In this document: piece after piece, positions 61,628 to 64,000 of the stretch | Position numbering within the stretch: position 1 is the stretch's first letter | How the letters are laid out: the number at the start of each line of letters is the position of its first letter | Source: Acidimicrobiales bacterium | GTDB taxonomy: Bacteria > Actinomycetota > Acidimicrobiia > Acidimicrobiales > Aldehydirespiratoraceae | DNA length: 64,000 nucleotides | Assembly (NCBI GenBank): GCA_965116965.1 | Contig: OZ220743.1 | Location: 111,262 to 175,261 of the forward strand | Direction: 5' to 3' | Program-made: the position numbers and the translations under genes | The notes under the pieces: model-generated | What the model was told of the DNA's origin: nothing | The model's input: the letters and a program-made list of their open reading frames with translations, nothing else | Databases searched by the model: none

Positions 61628-62806
61628 TCAGACCGCCAGCAGCTCCTTCAGGTTCCCGCCCATGATCTTGGCGGTATCGGCCCGCGGCAGCGACAGCGGC
61701 AGGTCGTCGTAGAAGCTCACCGGATCGCCCAGGCCCTCGGGGTGGGGGTAGTCGGAGCCGAACAGGATCCGGTCGGGGCTCATGACGTCGATCAGCCCCT
61801 CCAGCCCGTCCTCCCAGAAGGGATTGACGTAGACGTTGCGCCGGAACGCCTCGAGGGGATGCTCACCGAAGTCCTGAGGCAGCTTCTTGTAGACGCCCTC
61901 GAGCTTCTCCAGAAGGGGCCTCACCCAGGTGCCGCCGTTCTCGATGGTGGCGATGCGCAGGTCGGGGAACCGGGTGAAGGCCCCGTGGCAGATCATCGCG
62001 GTCATCATGTCGCTGACGGCCCGGTTCTGCATCACCAGCAGGCGCAGAGGGTTGGGCTTGAACGGCAGGAACTCGGTCTTGCCCTCCCAGATCGAGGCCA
62101 GGTCGGCGTAGCCCGAGTCCGACGCGTGCATGCCCACCAGCACCCCGGCCTCCTGCACCCGGGCCCAGAACGGATCGAACTCGGGCAGGCCCGGCGAGCG
62201 CGGCCCCCGCAGGCCCCAGGCCGGGGCGGGACGGATCAGGATGCAGCGGGCGCCCTTGTCCAGGCACCAGTCCAGTTCCTCGATGGCCTTCTCCACGATG
62301 GGCAGGGTGATGATGGGGGTGGCGAAGATCCGGTCGCGGTAGTTGAACGTCCACTCGTCGTAGATCCACTCGTTGAATGAATGGACGACCACGTGGGTCA
62401 GGTCGGGATCGTCGCGCATGCGCTCCTCGAGCAGGCTGGCCAGCGTCGGGAACATGAGCGAGCCCTGGATGCCGAGTTCGTCGAGATGGGGCAGCCGGGC
62501 CTCGGCGTTGCGGGCCCAGTCGGGACAGCGGATGGGCTCGCCGAAGATCTCCCGCAGCGACTTTCCCTCGGGGTTGCCGTGCCGGTAGTACTCCTCCTGA
62601 GCGCCGGGAGGGGCCACCACCTCGAAGGTCGGGTTGGGTATGTAATCCGATATCAGGCCCTTGATGGCGATCTTGGTGCGGCCGTCGACCTGCACGTAGC
62701 GGATGGCGCCCTTGTAGTCGGCGGGGAGATGCCGGGTGAAGGCGTCCTCCGTCTCGTACATGTGGTTGTCGGAGTCGTATACCGGAAAGCCGAGGTCGCG
62801 AGCCAT
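61628..62806 (-). CDS. amidohydrolase-2 family protein
   Basis: ATG 62806 is preceded by GAAGGAGGG. MARDLGFPVYDSDNHMYE..., LFGSDYPHPEG. Paralog of 36166..37389. Confidence 0.8.
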   Translation of the reverse strand: MARDLGFPVYDSDNHMYETEDAFTRHLPADYKGAIRYVQVDGRTKIAIKGLISDYIPNPTFEVVAPPGAQEEYYRHGNPEGKSLREIFGEPIRCPDWARNAEARLPHLDELGIQGSLMFPTLASLLEERMRDDPDLTHVVVHSFNEWIYDEWTFNYRDRIFATPIITLPIVEKAIEELDWCLDKGARCILIRPAPAWGLRGPRSPGLPEFDPFWARVQEAGVLVGMHASDSGYADLASIWEGKTEFLPFKPNPLRLLVMQNRAVSDMMTAMICHGAFTRFPDLRIATIENGGTWVRPLLEKLEGVYKKLPQDFGEHPLEAFRRNVYVNPFWEDGLEGLIDVMSPDRILFGSDYPHPEGLGDPVSFYDDLPLSLPRADTAKIMGGNLKELLAV

Positions 62807-62924
62807 GACGGTCCCTCCTTCACGGACGCCGATAGATCTCCAACCATATCCGTGCTCGGTCCTGGTCGGCATGAGCGTGCGCTGGATCTGCTGGCCATAT
62901 CAGGTTATTTGATGCTTTTTAGTG

Positions 62925-62954
62925 TTGCATCATTGCGCTGCGGCCTTCTATAGT
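62925..62954 (+). promoter_or_regulatory. sigma-70-like promoter positioned for a leaderless transcript of the small-protein gene
   Basis: TTGCAT (62925), 18 nt, TATAGT (62949), 6 nt (gacgct), then GTG 62961. A T-rich tract lies upstream. The layout and part of the sequence are shared with the promoter at 59088-59116. Confidence 0.5.
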
Positions 62955-62960
62955 GACGCT

Positions 62961-63458
62961 GTGGACGCGATCACGCTCACGGACCTCTTGGCAGTCGTAG
63001 CCGCTGTCCTCGGCCCGACGCTGGCCGCCGTCTTGGCTTTGGCCCGTTACCAGCACAAGGACAGCATCGAGACCCACCGATTGATCGCAGAGGCCAGAGA
63101 CGAGTTCCGCACCGGGATCGCAGAGGCCAGAGACGAGTTCCGCACCGGGATCGCAGAGGCCAGAGACGAGTTCCGCACCGGGATCGCAGAGGCCAGAGAC
63201 GAGTTCCGCACCGGGATCGCAGAGGCCAGAGACGAAACCCGCCAACTGTTCGACAAGGCCGTCGACGAAACCCGCAACCTGTTCGGAGAGGCCAGGGACG
63301 AGAACCGCGAGCACCGCCGCGAGAACGGTGAGATCCTCAAGGAAGTGATCCGGAGCCTCGCCGACGCCCGCGAGAGGCTGGCGCGCATCGAGGGACACTT
63401 CGGCATCGGGGGGAGTCCGAGAGACGAGGATGGTCGAGGCACGGCTGACGCCGCCTGA
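62961..63458 (+). CDS. membrane-anchored coiled-coil protein with four and a half 33-bp (11-residue) repeats
   Basis: The GTG start gives VDAITLTDLLAVVAAVLGPTLAAVLALA (TM), then IAEARDEFRTG x4, IAEARDETRQLF..., and RERLARIEGHFGIGG. The start was chosen by analogy with the MDPAI... N-termini of the paralogs and by the promoter spacing. Confidence 0.55.
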   Translation: MDAITLTDLLAVVAAVLGPTLAAVLALARYQHKDSIETHRLIAEARDEFRTGIAEARDEFRTGIAEARDEFRTGIAEARDEFRTGIAEARDETRQLFDKAVDETRNLFGEARDENREHRRENGEILKEVIRSLADARERLARIEGHFGIGGSPRDEDGRGTADAA

Positions 63459-64000
63459 GAGACCGCTGGAGCCGAGCACTCGTGGCGCGGTTGGCCACGA
63501 CTCGGAGGAGAGACGGGTCCGGGAGCCCGCGTACCTGCCAACCGCTGAGCGATTCGTGCGCCATGTGGCGGGTGAATGGGGGGACCGGGCCTTGGTGCTG
63601 CTGGGCGAGCGACGCTTGAGCTACCGGGAGCTGGAGGCGGAGTCCCGGCGGATGGCGCGGGCTCTGCTGGCGAGCGGCGTGACCCGCGGCAGCCGGGTGG
63701 GGCTGCTGGCGCCGAACGGGCCGGAGTGGGTGGTGGCCTGGCTGGCCGCGGCCCGGATCGGGGCCGTGGTGGTGCTGCTCAACACGTTCTACAAGGCGCG
63801 GGAGCTGGGCTGGGCGCTGGCCCACTGCGAAGCCGAGGTGCTGCTCACCGTGGACCGGTACCTCAACCACGACTACGCCGCCCGGCTGGAAGAAGCCATG
63901 GGAGGCCTGGCCGGCGCGAGCCGCGAGACGCTCTCCTGCGGGACCCATCCGCGCCTGCGGTCGGTGTGGATGTGGAGCGACGCCGGGTCCGCGCCGTCCT
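63430..64000 (+). CDS. AMP-dependent acyl-CoA synthetase/ligase, 3'-partial (runs off the window)
   Basis: My own translation has no stop from ATG 63430 to the window end: ...PTAERFVRHVAGEWGDRALVLLGERRLSYRELEAESRRMARALLASGVTRGSRVGLLAPNGPEWVVAWLAAARIGAVVVLLNTFYKARELGWAL. This is a typical N-terminal region of adenylate-forming enzymes. The start position is uncertain. Confidence 0.65.
   Translation, partial: MVEARLTPPERPLEPSTRGAVGHDSEERRVREPAYLPTAERFVRHVAGEWGDRALVLLGERRLSYRELEAESRRMARALLASGVTRGSRVGLLAPNGPEWVVAWLAAARIGAVVVLLNTFYKARELGWALAHCEAEVLLTVDRYLNHDYAARLEEAMGGLAGASRETLSCGTHPRLRSVWMWSDAGSAPS

Overview
High-GC, actinobacterial-type chromosomal segment read by eye; no searches were run, so all family calls rest on motifs visible in the translations. 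Nt 1-15.7 kb is a mosaic accessory region. It holds a lower-GC TPR-like gene and a lipoprotein gene, a frameshifted ISL3 element, a DDE-transposase-like ORF, a TIR-like fragment and two alpha/beta-hydrolase 5' fragments bracketing a small two-gene cassette. It also holds an AbiEi/AbiEii module, IS3/IS1380/DUF1697 fragments and a MazEF-like pair coupled to a membrane protein gene. Nt 15.7-64 kb is mainly catabolic and transport genes: indolepyruvate:ferredoxin oxidoreductase, IclR, two Liv-type ABC systems, two P450s, two acyl-CoA synthetases, three amidohydrolase-2 paralogs, LLM oxidoreductases, a DUF35 plus SCP-x-type thiolase pair, thioesterase II, a CoA-transferase, two adjacent acyl-CoA dehydrogenases, two MFS transporters and a three-gene membrane-lipid operon. 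This part is interrupted by a decayed patch at 22-28.4 kb (ProW-like pseudogene, IS5 insertion splitting a beta-lactamase-like remnant, LLM and APH/ACAD deletion remnants) and by a less GC-rich type II R-M cassette at 40.8-42.2 kb. The most unusual signals are non-classical. (1) At three operon junctions the overlapping stop/start junction is tandemly duplicated (41 bp x1, 65 bp x5, 35 bp x8), so every unit is a complete mini-cistron whose stop overlaps the next start (RTGA). (2) A dispersed roughly 50-110 nt intergenic element occurs at four loci; at two of them it encodes a conserved 30-codon ORF that exactly bridges the flanking genes. This resembles mycobacterial MIRUs. (3) Five small N-terminally membrane-anchored coiled-coil proteins sit at three loci behind short AT-rich, apparently leaderless promoters, two of them with in-frame 21-bp or 33-bp coding repeats. 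(4) A two-copy palindromic element shows a compensatory inner stem. (5) A 93-bp MITE-like element has CTAG target duplications in both copies. I recognised no rRNA, tRNA or CRISPR array.
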